DNA from: Octopus sinensis
Lineage: Eukaryota
Direction: 5' to 3'
Length of the DNA: 64,000 nt
Assembly: GCF_006345805.1 (NCBI RefSeq)
Contig: NC_042998.1
Span: 142,848,001 to 142,912,000, forward strand
Part shown: positions 26,456 to 40,259 of the stretch, piece by piece
Position numbering within the stretch: the stretch's first letter is position 1
Layout of the letters: the number at the start of each line of letters is the position of its first letter
The notes under the pieces: model-generated
What the model saw: the letters and a program-made list of their open reading frames with translations, nothing else
Databases searched by the model: none
What the model was told of the DNA's origin: nothing
Made by a program: the position numbers and the translations under genes

Positions 26456-26640
26456 CGCCATGTTGAATCGCTAGCTTCTGCACGCATTTTTTTTCTCTCC
26501 TTGTTTCTCTCCGCGTTTCTTTTCTGTGTATCTTTCTGTTGAAGAGCGTAGGCTCGAAACGTAAAAGACTTGTTTTATTTATATTCCTGAGCGCCATACT
26601 AATACAATTGTTTGTTTGTACTCCACCTGCCTTCGTCTTT
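26450..26640 (+). repeat. Penelope-pLTR-like repeat, inverted partner at 28095-28290
   Basis: ctttctgttgaagagcgtaggctcgaaacgtaaaagac versus minus-strand ctttctgccgaagagcgtacgctcaaacgtaaaagac at ~28190-28226, with alignable flanks. Confidence 0.65.
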
Positions 26641-26665
26641 TGTTTATTTTCATAAAGCTTCCCGT

Positions 26666-26710
<45 letters not shown>

Positions 26711-26768
26711 ATATATATGAAAAAACAAGTAAAAAATAGAAAATGCTAAAATAATTTTATAGTGAACA

Positions 26769-26811
26769 TTTCAGTACCGGTTTCGGTCATTTTGAGACCT
26801 TTCAACTGTAA
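26769..26811 (-). ncRNA. Type I hammerhead relic (U3 core, one core A missing)
   Basis: ttacag TTGAAA GGTC tcaaaat GACC GAAA CCGG TA ctgaaa. Confidence 0.55.
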
Positions 26812-28644
26812 CGATTAAATAATTAAATTTAGAAAAATTAGAAGAAAAGTTTTTTTAAAAGAATATTTCTATAGTAGTGTTCAGATTTAAGTGGCATTCT
26901 GCCTTTCTCTGACTCCCTTGTTTGCACTTGTGTGTTCGAGTAGTTGTGAGTTCTTGGTAGGGTAGTAGAGGGAAGGCTGGTGAGGAAAGGGGGGTGGGAG
27001 AATCTGGGAGTGCCCTGATGGTCGTATTTTGAATGGTCAGTGGCGGCTGGCAGTCTCAGTTCAATTCAGGAGAATATTTATATTGACAGGCTTGTTTATA
27101 GAATTAGCGTAGGTGTTATACTAAAAAACATTAGTGACAAACTTAAGGGGTAGGGGGTGGAGAAGAAGAAGAAGAAGAAGAAGAAGAAGAAGAAGAAGAA
27201 GGAGAAGGAGAAGGAGAAGATGACGATGATGGTGATGGTGGTGATGATTATGGCGATGATGATGATAACGATGATGATGAAGAAGAAGAAGAAGAAGGAG
27301 GAGAAGGAGAAGATGGTGGTGATGATGGTGGCGATGATGATGACGCCGATGATGATGATAACGATGATGATGAAGAAGAAGAGGAAGAAGAAGAAGAAAA
27401 AAAAACAGAGGAGGGAGAATATGAATGGGTGTAAATATAGCTATGAAGGGGCTGATTAGTAATGGATTCTATGGAGTGTAGTATTTGTGTGTGTATATAT
27501 ATATTTTCCTTTTATTCTAAAGTTGAGGTATATTAATTGTTTGTCGTAGACCCGTTAAGAAGTGGCTTGTATTTTGTAATAAAGAGATTTTCTCTTTACT
27601 TATTCTTTGTCTCGAGGTTGTATCGTCCCTAAATTGGTAGAGGGGGAAAATTCTGAAGTTTGGTGTTTTTTGTTGGCGCAAGTATCTATGTGTTGGCTAT
27701 TTTTTACTTTTTTTTCATATATATCACCCGTGTGTTTCCTTTTCACCCTTATACATAAATCTAATATATATTATATTATATATATATACCTTTATTCAAA
27801 AGCAGCAGAAAATTTAACAAAACATGTTACTCTGAGTTTCACGTTCCCGTTCGTCGGACAGTTTTTGGTATTACTCTACCACTGGTATTTGAGTACTCTT
27901 TTTTCCACCTTGTTTCACATTTATGTGTTTACTCTGGTATATATGTAATGTATGTATGTATGTATGTATGTATGTATGTATGTATGTATGTATGTACGTA
28001 TGCATATATATATATATATATATATGTACGTATACACACACACACACTCACACATACATATAAACACACACACATACACACACATATATATATATTATCC
28101 ATATATAGTGAAAATTTACAGAAAATAAAAGACGAAGACGGGTGTGTAAACGACAAACAGATGTATTAGTTTAACGCTTGGGTGAGAAAGTCTTTTACGT
28201 TTTGAGCGTACGCTCTTCGGCAGAAAGGAACACAGAAATAAACAGGGAGAGAAAATAGAAAAAGGTTTAGTGGCTAGCGATCAATCATGGCGAATGCCGG
28301 ATAGAGGTGTCACACAGGAGAGGTAGGAAGAAGGGGAGATAATAAAGTAGTGGTGATCCCAAAACTAAGGTGCGCATGTGTATGTGAGAGTGTGTATATT
28401 CGTGTGGAAGGGGCTGGTGACATTCACGTGTGCGTGTGTGCATGTGTAGATGTGTGGTAGATGATGTAGGTGCTGGAAAGTGGTCAATGCTAGTGCATGC
28501 GGGGTGGTGTGATGTGGTGTGGTATGGTGGTTTGTGGTGTGGTGGTGCGTAGTGTGGTCGTGTGTAATGTATATACATGTATGTGTATATATGTGTGTGT
28601 GTAGAGAGAGATGTGTATATGAGCATATAAATGTGAGTATGTAC

Positions 28645-28714
<70 letters not shown>

Positions 28715-29034
28715 GCCTGTGTGAGTGTGTATGTATATAGATTTTACGAACGCAGACGGTTTCTATCTATTGTGAGAATGTGGTTGCGTGTATTTTTTAT
28801 AATCGTTTTATCTTTTACATTTTATATCTTTTATATTTTTTCATTCCTTTTAGAGTAACTTTCCTTTTATTCAACGGTTTTTTTTTTCATACCGACTATC
28901 ATCAAAATAGCCGATGAAAATGCCTCGAAGCTCTTAGCTCCGGCCTTTGAATTTTGAGTTATATTATGATAACTTACTGATTGTCCTATACTATATATAT
29001 GTATATGTAGGTAGGCAGCTATATATATGTATAT

Positions 29035-29094
<60 letters not shown>

Positions 29095-29182
29095 CAATTT
29101 TTTATAAATTTCACTATCAGTGGCCTAGCATGTATAAAAAGTCAATAGACGACATATTATTCATATAAAATATTGTACACTT

Positions 29183-29390
29183 AAAAACAAGAGAAATTGC
29201 CTATAACAGGCAATTTCTACACGCTAGGTGACAGTCAAAATGACCGAAAACCACAAAATTTAAGCAATTTCAAAAGGAATGGAAAAAATAAAAACTTTTA
29301 CCTTGTTTTTACGGTTATACTTATAGGTTTCTAATTTTTTTAGTAAATAAAATAATTTAGTAGGCAAATTCTCATCAGTAAGAGAGAATA
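29183..29390 (+). mobile_element. Helentron-like (HINE/DINE-type) element start
   Basis: AAAACAAG start followed by a perfect 11-bp hairpin AGAAATTGCCT-ataac-AGGCAATTTCT (29192-29218). The right boundary is uncertain. Confidence 0.45.
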
Positions 29391-29495
29391 TTGGCCTGTT
29401 TGCCCAGCCAGTGGAGTGGCATCATTCGAAAGCAAAAACGATGCAAACCGCATTGTGATCAGTGACGTATAACATCTGACAGTCTGGTCGATCAC

Positions 29496-29526
<31 letters not shown>

Positions 29527-29996
29527 CTTCGTTATAAGATCATAAATCAGAAAAAGAGCATTCCCTATAAAATATAGAGCAGTTGTTTATTTCTGTATGT
29601 GTAAAGTAAGTTTTAGGAAAAAAAACCCATTGCTTTCATATCTAGCATGAACTAGACATATGTAAATTGTGTATGACAGAAAAATATATAATTCTTATGA
29701 ACTCACATGAGCCAGGAAGCTACCTGAACTCCAGGACGGAAGCTGTGGGGAGTTGTCCACATTTTCGGAAATTTTTACTTCAAAATTGGAAAACCTAGCT
29801 ATCAAGCGAAGGAAAACAACTCGCCCGGCCATAATTTTTTCGGAGGAATATGTCTTCAACTATCACCGGCGTTCTTGTGTTTTAAAAATATATTCTTTGC
29901 AGAGAACAGTTATCGTTTAGAGAAACTGAAGATATGTCTAGTTCACAGTAGATATGAAACCAATGGTTTTTCCCTAAAACTGTTACTTACAGATAC

Positions 29997-30027
<31 letters not shown>

Positions 30028-30028
30028 C

Positions 30029-30102
<74 letters not shown>

Positions 30103-30444
30103 CATACATACTTACACACACATGAAAAAATATGATTTGTATATCAGAACTAGTATACTACTAGATAATATAGTAACAGCAGCTAAAACACTGTGTGGAA
30201 AGCAGACTGGATGATGATAATCTACATCTAGCTCTAAATCAGTGGTTCTAAACCATTTTACTACCACGCCTCCCCTAAGAATTTGTCTTTCTCTCCACGC
30301 CCCCCACTCTTGCATCTCTGAATAAAATTCCCGCCCAGGTTTTAAATAAAATCTAAAATATGTTCTTAGTCTTTTTATTGAATATGAATTAGTTACATTA
30401 TACAAAATATATATAATTTTATATATAATCACATTATACAAAAA

Positions 30445-32121
30445 GTAAGACACTTGACACTGCTTCTTAGCTTTAAGATCTTGAATCCTTGGTTGAATGC
30501 CAGAGAGTGCGCAACGTAAGTCCCTTTCAACGTTCAGCATGTTTCTGTACTTGGTCTTGACAGCAACGAGCGTGGAAAATGCAGCTTCACAAAGACACGT
30601 GGATCCAAACATAGCTAAAATCCGAAGAGCCTGGTGTGAGATCAGAGGCTAAACAGAAAGGTACTTGATCCAGAACGTTTCAAGTTCCAGTTCTTTGAAG
30701 TCTTCTTTATCTGGAAAGTTGAACTTCAGTTCAAGAAACTCCTCTTGCACTTCATCCAAAAATCAGTCACTTCACACTGAAATGGGTTCCTAATGAATTT
30801 CTAAGCTTTCAAGTCAGATGAGTGATTATTGTTTTCATTAACTCAGAATCAAGGTTACCGTGAATGAGAGCAGAATCCAAGTAACTAAAACTAGCTGCAT
30901 TTCCCTACTGAATTCGACACTTCCAGAGGTCGAGTTTGGCCATGAAGGTTCGAATGGTGTAGTGGTGCATGAGAATGTTGATGTTTTCCCCTTGTAGTTT
31001 AAGGCCGAGAGCATTCAACGCTTCGAAGACGTCCACCAGGTAAGCTAGAGATAGCTGATAGCCTTCAGACTGGAACTTGTCATGGAGATCTGCTTTCTGC
31101 TGCAAACCTAGAAATATTGCTACTTCTCGTAGTTCATAAAGCCGTCCAAGCATGTTCCCTTTGATAGTCATCGTACGTTCGTGTGAAAAAACAATGCTTC
31201 GAGTTCAGATTCTATATCTTTACATAACAGTTTGAAAAGACGACTGTTTAAGGCTCCACCTTTAACAAAGTTGACAACCTTAATAGCTACGTTCAGAAGA
31301 TTTCTCATTTCAGTAGGTAAGGTTTGAAGATGAAGTATGCAATGTGTACCTACAACAAATAGGTTTTTTTCTTTCACCCTTGTAATGAATCCAGACTGCG
31401 AACCAAGCATGGCTGGAGCTCCATCAGTGCATACCCCTACCAGCGAACCGCACGGAAGTTGGTTTTCCTGATAGAAGTTTGATACATCACAAAAAATAGC
31501 TGCTACTGTTATCCTACAATCCATAGGGTGACAGAACATTTCCTCTTTTACCCAGTTGCCTGACACAAAACGAACGTATACCAGTAGCTGAGAACACAAA
31601 GCGATGTCAGTCGTTTCGTCACACTGGATGGCAAAAACAGGCGAATCTCGTACTTGGTCGAAAATTTGATCTTTGATGTCTTGAGACAAGTCGTCGATCC
31701 TTCCTTTGACTGTATCGTTTGATAGTGAAATCTGGGAAAGCTTGTTTGCACTATCTTGCCCCAGATTTGGTTTTATGAGAGACTCTCCAATGTTATGACT
31801 CTTCTTGCTCTTTGCAATCAACATGGCGATCTCATAGGAAGCCTCAACAGCCATTGAAGTTTGTTGCTGAAATGACCCACTACCGTCCAACATAGCTTGC
31901 TTCAAGGAATGTATTTTTGCTTCAAAGATTGCCTTGGGCTTGTCTGCAGGAGCAGGATGTGTTGTCCTCAAGTGGCGTTCCAAGTGTGAGAGTCGCATTC
32001 CATCATTGCTCGAAGTTTTGTAACATATCACACAGTGGAGGACTTCTGTATCACACTTCTGGAGGAACACGAATTCAAATTGAATATATTCGTTAAGATA
32101 ATTTCGTTTCTTTGCACTCAT
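30445..32121 (-). pseudogene. Buster/ZBED5/ZBED8-family hAT transposase, frameshifted
   Basis: MSAKKRNY..CVIC..HLRTTH (BED finger), QCDETTD, CTDGAPAM, HCILH, STCLCEAAFS (DDE core and CxxH) spread over several frames. Confidence 0.93.
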
Positions 32122-32985
32122 GCGAACTATTTGATGTGCAGTGGACAACACAAATATGTGAACAAAAGATAAGGTAAGGTAATGTCAAGGTCAAAGTTAG
32201 AACGCTTGAAGTGAAAAGTTCTGAAAAAAATTAAAACAAAAAAATTTAGAATAAAAGTTAAATTAAAAGAAAAGTTACACGAAAAATGTGTACATTAAAA
32301 TATTTTATTTATTTGTACGAAAATATGAAAAAGAAGTTCTTTTTAAAAAAGGAAAGATTTTGCATAGCTTTTAGTTTTACCTAGTACTTTTTGTAAGTTT
32401 TAAATCTGAATTTTAGTTTAACATTTGGCTTTATATTATTTTTTTTTCGTACAAAAAATTTAGTATATTTTTAACATAAACATTTAATATTAAAATTGAA
32501 AAGGTTGCAAGACGCAACGAAAATTTTAGGAGAATAAAAATAAGAAATAAGTGGAAATTTTACCGGTGAGTGTGTTACATTATAAGGCACAAAAACAAAA
32601 TAACCCTCCCCAGACACAACAGAATTAAAAATGTTGGTTTTATTGTTAAATTTTTTTATTTTTCCAATCTGTGTTTTAATTTTTTTTTTTTGTGACTCTA
32701 TTAAAATTGAGCGATAGTAGAACCTATTACATACTTTTTGTTTAATTTCCTATTTTTAAATATATCATATTTTTCAACTTGCTAAAATTTAAAAATAGTT
32801 TTCAATTTCTTAAATTAAGTTAATATTTCCTAGTATGTTACTATAATGATTTGATTATGTTTCAGCATGTCTCTTGATTTTTAAGAATCACATTATTTCA
32901 TATATATGAAAACTGTGGATCAAACTTGTTCATAACCTAATAACTGAAAAAGACTTTACGCGATAATAATATCTAAGCTTTATAC

Positions 32986-33337
32986 CAGTGGTTCTTAACC
33001 TGAGTTTTGTTGTAACAAAAAAAAAAACCCAGAAAAAACAAATGAAGGCAAATGTTAAAGCTATAATTCAGAATTAGTGAGGGTTTTGAGGGATATGAAG
33101 TGTGTGTGTGTGTGTGGGGGAGCAATAAGTACAGAAAAAGGTAAGCGAAGCTAAGATAGTAGAATAAGAAAACTAAAGGTATAAGGCGATACTTTTGCAT
33201 TAGTTCATAAACTTCTCATTATTTGACCATGCTCTCATTAAGAGAATAACAAATATAATTAGAGAAATTCCTGCTTTTTCTCAAGGGTTGGCTCCCCCTT
33301 TGGAAATTACTGATAAGCCACAGATTAAGAACCACTG
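32986..33337. mobile_element. 352-bp hAT-type MITE (or nested end)
   Basis: Perfect 13-bp TIR CAGTGGTTCTTAA / TTAAGAACCACTG; no clean TSD (CTTTATAC vs CTTACATT). Confidence 0.65.
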
Positions 33338-33412
33338 CTTACATTGAATAGCATATATCTCACTGTACACACAAGATATACTATACAATAATATAATATA
33401 ATATATTATATT

Positions 33413-33705
33413 ATGGCCTAGTGGTTAGGGCAGCGGACTCGCGGTCGCAGGATCGCGGTTTCGATTCCCAGACCGGGCGTTGTGTGTGTTTATTGAGCGA
33501 AAACACCTAAAAGCTCCACGACGCTCCGGCAGGGGGGTGGGGGTGATCCCTGCTGTACTCTTTCACCACTCTTTCTCCCACTCTTTCTTCTGTTGGCCTG
33601 CTCGCTTAGCCAGCGGGGTGGCGTCATTCGAAGGCTAAAACAATGCGAACACATTGTGACCAGCGATGTGTAACAACATCTGATAGTCTGGTCGGTCACG
33701 TGATA
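33413..33705 (+). mobile_element. tRNA-derived SINE, family D (resembles Octopus OK-type)
   Basis: A box TGGCCTAGTGGTT, B box GGTTTCGATTCC, then a non-tRNA body. A diverged 3' fragment lies at ~29380-29500. Confidence 0.85.
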
Positions 33706-33757
33706 TTATATTATGTGTGTGTGTGTGCGTACACACACACACACACACACGCGCGCG

Positions 33758-33807
<50 letters not shown>

Positions 33808-35859
33808 CACACACACATAGACATGCATACATGCATACATACATATACAGAGAAAGAGAGAAAGAGAGAGGGATCGTACGAAGCAAGGTTGAATGAAATA
33901 CATACTTAACATGTTCGTGCACACTTCAACGTAAAAAGATTTGTTCACTGAGAAAAAAGTCTCACGAGAAAATTTCGTCATGGACAATAAGCGTCAGAAC
34001 AGATCATTGGGCTTTGAAAAACTGATTCGGTATTCGTAGATGATCAAGCGTAACGAAGCAGAAACACAATCGACCAACGATCCAATCGATGATGTCATTC
34101 GTAGCCCAATCATATTTTTCACTAATATTGTCTATGTGAAAACTTTTCTACAGAGTATTTCCACAGTAAAAGGTCTTCACACTTCCGAGTGTATACGAAC
34201 GTGTTAAATATGGTTGTTATTGCATACATATCTTTTATCGCTTATATTTTAATTGTTTCAGTCATTGGACTGCGGCTAAACTGGGGTATCGACTTGAAAG
34301 GTTTAGTCGAAAAAATCACCCCAGTACTTATTTTTGAAGTCTGGTACCTATTTTGTCTTTCTCTTTAGCAGGACCGCTCAGTTACAGGAACATAAGCAAA
34401 CCAATATTTATTGTCAAGAGGAGTGTGTGTGGGTGGGTGTGGGGATTACTAGAAAATCACACACACAAACACACACATAAACACACGCATATGTATATGG
34501 CGGGCTTCCCCACTGTTTCCTACAACTAAATTCACTCACAAGGCATTGGTCGGCTCCAAGCTATAGTAGGAGACACCCAATGTACTGCACAAGAACACAT
34601 AAAGACAGACACAAAGCAGCTACAGCAACGATAATAGTACGACAAAGATTTGTAGCGGTGAGGGAAGCGCGTCGTATTATATGAGTAACTTTTGTAAATG
34701 TGATAGATCGGGTCAGTTCTGTCTTCAGGGATGGCACACAGGAAGTTTGCTCAGTGTTCCCTATGGGTCTATGGGCCCAATGTTAATCTATGTATGCTGT
34801 GGTTGTGTAAGTAGAGCCCCAAGAGCATTACTGCGCCCGCGGGGTTTAATAATGTTAATAAGATTGGTCCTCTATAGCGGAAGTGAGGAGTGTAGAATGA
34901 GAAAGTAGGAAGGTGGAAAGAGTGAGGAGGAAGAAGGAAAGGTAGGAAGAAGATGAAACGGAAGAAAGAAGGGAAGGGGACGGGGGAATGAGGAGGAGGA
35001 GGAGGAGGAGAAGAAAAGAAGGAGGAGGAGGAGGAGGAGGAGGAGAAGAAGAAGAAGAAGAAGAAGAAGAAGAAGAAGAAGAAGAAGAAGAAGAAATGAT
35101 GGAATTGAGATGTGCAAAAGTAAAAGTAGGATGAGAGAGAGGCAGAGAAAGAGAGAGAAGGGTAGAGCGAGAGGAAGAGAGTGATAAAGAAGGAGAGAGG
35201 GAAAGAGAGGGAGAGAGAGAGAGGGGGGTACAGGAGATAAAAATAGAGATGAAGTGTATATGAAATGTGCATGTGTGTTAGTGTAGGTGTTTGCGTGTGT
35301 GTGGTGCAGACGATTATATATGTCAATACATTTTCCTGTATGCATGTGCCGTTATGTATGTGTGTACGTGTGGGTGTGTATGTGTGCGTGCGTGCATGCG
35401 TATGTGTGTGATTGTTTGATTGTTGTTTCTGTGTATGTGTGTGAATGCGTGCGTCTATGTGCATCCCTACGCGAGTGTGGTTGCGTGTAGGAGCGAGTAC
35501 GTGTGCATGTTTCTATGTATATTCTTGTATATAGGTGTGCGTGTATATGCATATGTATGTGTATAAAAGTAGGTCAGATAATTTTACAAAATCAGGTGTA
35601 TACACAAATGCTACTATGTGAATGCATATGTTGTATGCATATTTTTTGAATCTATGTACATGTGTGAGTGAATGTGTGCGCTCGTGTATGTATGTTTATG
35701 AATAATGCACGTGAGGAACCATTGGTATAGCAGTGGGATAAGTCATGAAAGTGTGTGGAGATGGTACAACACGGTAATGAAGTATGTCAGAAGTAGTGGG
35801 ATGTGAAGTAGCTGACGCGTCCGCGTGTGTGCGCAAATATTTACAAATAGTCATAAACA

Positions 35860-36160
35860 GGTCTAAGCATACATACATAAAGGCTAAATTTCCCTTCCAA
35901 GGCACAAGCCCAGGCAAGATCGTTTGTGGAAGACCAGCTGTCGTGCATGCATGCCAGCCTCCCCTCTTCGCGCCAGCGATGTTATTCAAGGGAAAGGCAA
36001 AATGCCGATACAGCTTGGCACCAGTGACGCCGCGGCTCATTTCTACAGCTGAGTGAACTGAAGCAACGTGAAATAAAGTGTCTTGCTCAAGAACATAATA
36101 CAGCCGGTCCAGGAATCGAACTCACTAGCTCATGATTGTGAGCCCGACGCTCTAACCACT
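35860..36160 (-). mobile_element. CORE-type SINE
   Basis: Minus strand: agtggttagagcgtcgggc..gagttcgattcctgg..ttgagcaagacactttatttcacgttgcttcagttcactcagctgtagaaatgag. Confidence 0.8.
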
Positions 36161-36589
36161 CACACACACACACACGCCCGCGCATATTGATATATAAGGG
36201 TAAGGTCCAAGAATCCAAGTGTAGGAAGTTTATAAGCTTCAAGTAGTCCGTGGTAGGTATAGAGAGCAAACACTGGTCAGTGTACGCTAAGGAACAATAA
36301 CAATTGATTGGCATCAAAATTTCACACTTCTCCCCATATCACGACTTACGAGAAAATTAGATACTCTGATAGTTTCATTATAGATCACTGTTAGCGACAA
36401 GAGTTGCTACAAATGCGAATAAAGATCCAAATTGAGCGAGTAAAGCGGGTGAGCGATATACGTTACCAGAATCTCCGAGTCAAGTCCAATAGAACAAATC
36501 ATTCCAAGTGCTAGTTATAGCATTCGTGTAGGGAGTTACGCCTAGGTAGATTGTTCTGGCATAAAGTCGAATATCTATAATAATCTTTT

Positions 36590-37335
36590 CTACTATAGGC
36601 GCAAGGCCTGGAATTTGTGGACAGGGGACTAGTTGATTACATCGACCGCAGTACTTGATTGGTTCTTAATTTATCGACCCCGAAAGGATGAAAAGCAAAG
36701 TCGACCTCGGCGGAATTTGAACTCACAACGTAGCGGCAAGCGAAATACTTATTTCTTTACTACCCACAAGGGGCTACACACAGAGGGGACAAACAAGGAC
36801 AGACAAACAGATTAAGTCGATTACATCGAACCCAGTGCGTAACTAGTACTTATTTAATCGACCCCGAAATGATGAAAGGCAAAGTCGACCGCGGCGGAAT
36901 TTGAACTCAGAACGTAGCGGCAGACGAAATACCGCTAAGCATTTCGCCCGGCGTGCTAACGATTCTGCCAGTTCGCCGCCTTGTTCGTATTCTTTTACTC
37001 TTTTATTTGTTTCAGTCATTTGACCTCGGCCATGCTGGAGCACCACCTTTAGTGGAAGAAATCGATCCCAGGATTTATTCTTTGTAAGACTAGCACTTAT
37101 TTTATCAGTTTTTTTGCCGAACCGCTAAATTACAGGGACGTAAACACCAGCATCGGTTGTCAAGTGATGGTGGGGGCGGGGACAAATACACACACACACG
37201 ACTTCTTTCAGTTTCCGTCTACCAAATCCACTCACAAGGCTTTGGTCGACCCGAGGCTACAGTAGAAAACACTTGCCCAAGGTGCCACGCAGTGGGACTA
37301 AACCTGAAACCATGTAGTTGGTAAGCAAGTTAGTT
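36590..37335 (-). mobile_element. Family B SINE dimer followed by a family A SINE
   Basis: Dimer junction at ~36750 (..aagaaata|agtattt..); family A head plus tail at 36990-37335. Confidence 0.88.
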
Positions 37336-37571
37336 ACCACACAGCCACTCCTGGAGTAAAACCAAGTAACGATATTTTGATTGAATTTTGCACACACGTT
37401 TCAGATAATTGCGCAATAAATGAGAGGGAGTTTAATCACTCACGCAAATTCTTCCTCAGTTATGGCATATCAAACTATTCTGATATTTCTTAACTGAGGA
37501 AGATCTTGTGTCAGAGTTGAAATTAAATGCATTCAAAATATAATTACTTGGTTTGTTGGTTTGATTTCATC

Positions 37572-37622
<51 letters not shown>

Positions 37623-37682
37623 AAAATAAGACAAGGTAGAAAATGCTAAAATAATTTTATCATGAAATACACTTTGTAATGG

Positions 37683-37720
37683 TCAGTACTGGTTTCTGTC
37701 TTTTCGACATTTTCAACCAA
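37683..37720 (-). ncRNA. Type I hammerhead candidate with U3-A8 core variant
   Basis: ttgg TTGAAAA TGTC gaaaa GACA GAAA CCAG TA ctga; stem I is weak (G-C, G.U, U.G, U-A). Confidence 0.5.
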
Positions 37721-37770
37721 GAGTAAAACAATGGTGCATATCAATTAAGAAGAAAAACAACAGTCTGGTA

Positions 37771-37978
37771 ATCACCTTCACTAGCTTACGGCTTTTCTGC
37801 TATAAGAAATAGTGCACTCAGAGCTGAGTGCATGTGCAACATCCTATGTCTTCCTCAGAGCCATTAAAACGAAGTCTTCAATTTAACGTCTCTGAGAAAG
37901 CTATAGACTGTTGCACAAGCACTTAACTCTGAGTGGACTTCATAAAGCAGAAGCTGCTGTGAGCTAATGAAAGTGATA
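37771..37978. repeat. Diverged palindromic element, ~90-bp arms
   Basis: 37771-37860 aligns by eye to the reverse complement of 37889-37978. Single arms of the family lie at ~19760-19830 and ~43505-43590. Confidence 0.7.
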
Positions 37979-38268
37979 ATGTAACTCCTATTCTTTTGTC
38001 ATTTATTAATTGTTATGTATGCAAATGTAGTGTGTGCGCGTGAGAGAAAGAGAGTATGTATGTATGAATATCGAAATGCAAGGGTTGCAAAATTTTTCAA
38101 ATATATTTCACGTAGTTCAAACATTATCTGATATAGAACTTAATACACTGAGTAGGTGGATCGATATGTTTATTATATCAAAGGTTATGTCTGCTCTGAG
38201 TTTTTCCACAACAATCATAAACATATGTGACCTAAAGGAAACTCTTAAGAAGATTGTCAACATTTGAT

Positions 38269-38342
<74 letters not shown>

Positions 38343-40168
38343 ACACATTGTTTCCTTGTCAAGTCATATCTAACATTAAACTGAATGATTACTCAATACT
38401 TTTTAGTGGAGCACATGTTTGTTGAAATTTTTACAGGGAAAAGGTTGACTGTGACTTCGAAGTTTCAGCTTGTTAGCCTTGTTCTGACACTATAACCATA
38501 TATATACATACTTACATCTATACATATGCGTTTGTGTATGTCTCACACACGCACACACACACACACACACACACGCACACACACATACTCACGCACGCCA
38601 CCCACCTAAATGTGACTATTTTTTCTATACATTTCTTACGTTTCTAATGTAAACATCCTATTTCTAGAAAAAAAACCCTAACCGTCGTTATCACAGCCCC
38701 CATCCCACCACAGACACACACAAAACTATACACACAAACACCACACACAGACACTCACACTAAACAACATACGCACACACACATACACACACACACACCA
38801 CACACACCACACACACACACACACACACATACACATACACACAATTTTTCACTCCCACCCTATTTCAGTCCATCGCATCAGCTACATGGTAGCTGTATGC
38901 ATGCATTTCAGAGAGGAGATGTATGCAGTGAAGTGGGGGTCTAGTCTCCCAATATTCCTTCCAACGAATCACCCCCATTCAAACAGTGCTCCTTGATACT
39001 GACCCCCATCGCCGATAATCTACTGATTTAAAATAGTACAAAACTAACTTTCTTCGTCGATTGTGGTGATTATTATTTCCCTAGTAATATATATCGAACT
39101 AGAATCGATAGATATTTTTGCAAGCTTAATTTTGATATGACGATTAACGAGGATATGTCTAATATACTCAGTAACCAAGACGTAAGTGTGAGGTCGGAAG
39201 ACCTGTTCATTTTCTGTCCGAAATGTCTTCTTGTAAATGACTTACATATACCGTAAATCCTCGAGTATAATCCGCATTTTTTCCCCAAAATGTAACGGTC
39301 AAAATCCCTAGTGCGTACTATATACGAGATTAAAAATGAAAAATATTTTCTCAGCAATGTCCGAGTCTCTGCTGTCCGGCAATGTTTATTCAGAGAGCAT
39401 TTTGTGTTGTTGGGCGCGAAAATACCTTAAGCTAAGCCTGAAAGCAATGAAGTCATAAAATAATCATCCATAACTTGCAGTAAGCAACATTTATTAAATA
39501 TTATTACTGTTATTTCTTTATTTTTGCAAGCAAAATGCACAAAAAAAGCTACACGTTTGCATTATGTCATATATACAATAATAATAAAGGACATTACCGT
39601 ATACATTTTTACAAACCAAGGGCGTTATAATAGACCTTCTTGACTCAAGTTAGAGAAGGGGTACGTATTATACACAAGGTTTAAGTTTTTCAGAGGTACA
39701 GCCCCCTAAAATTCCCCTGCGTATTATACTTAAGGGCGGACTATACTCGAGGATTTACGATATACATGCGTATATTTGTCCATCCAGCATTATTTTTACT
39801 TTTCTTTTATATGTTTCAGTCATTGGTCTGCAGCCATGCTGGGGCAACGCCTTGAAGGATTTAGTCGAACAAAGCAGCTGCAATACTTATTTTATTGTAA
39901 GGCTGGTACTTTATTCTATAGGTCTATTTTGCCGACCAAATAAGCTACTGGGACATAAACAAACGAACACGGGTTGTCAAGCGATGGTGGGGGAAAAACA
40001 CAAACACGGAGACAAACACACAGATATAAACACACACACTGACACAAACGCACACATACACACGTACACACACACGCACACATAGATGTTTATACATACA
40101 TATACACACACATACACACATACATATATATGCATATATATTATTTATATATATATGTATGTGTGTGT

Positions 40169-40259
<91 letters not shown>

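Larger units (their letters stand above)
30240..33337 (-). mobile_element. hAT (Charlie/Buster-like) DNA transposon
   Basis: TIR CAGTGGTTCTAAACC at 30240 preceded by CTCTAAAT (Charlie-type NTCTARAN target). The inverted TTAAGAACCACTG ends at 33337, but it may belong to the nested MITE. Confidence 0.75.

Noticed and set aside
33413-33490. tRNA-like sequence with A and B boxes
   Set aside because: The anticodon and acceptor stems do not close and it runs straight into a SINE body; not a tRNA gene.
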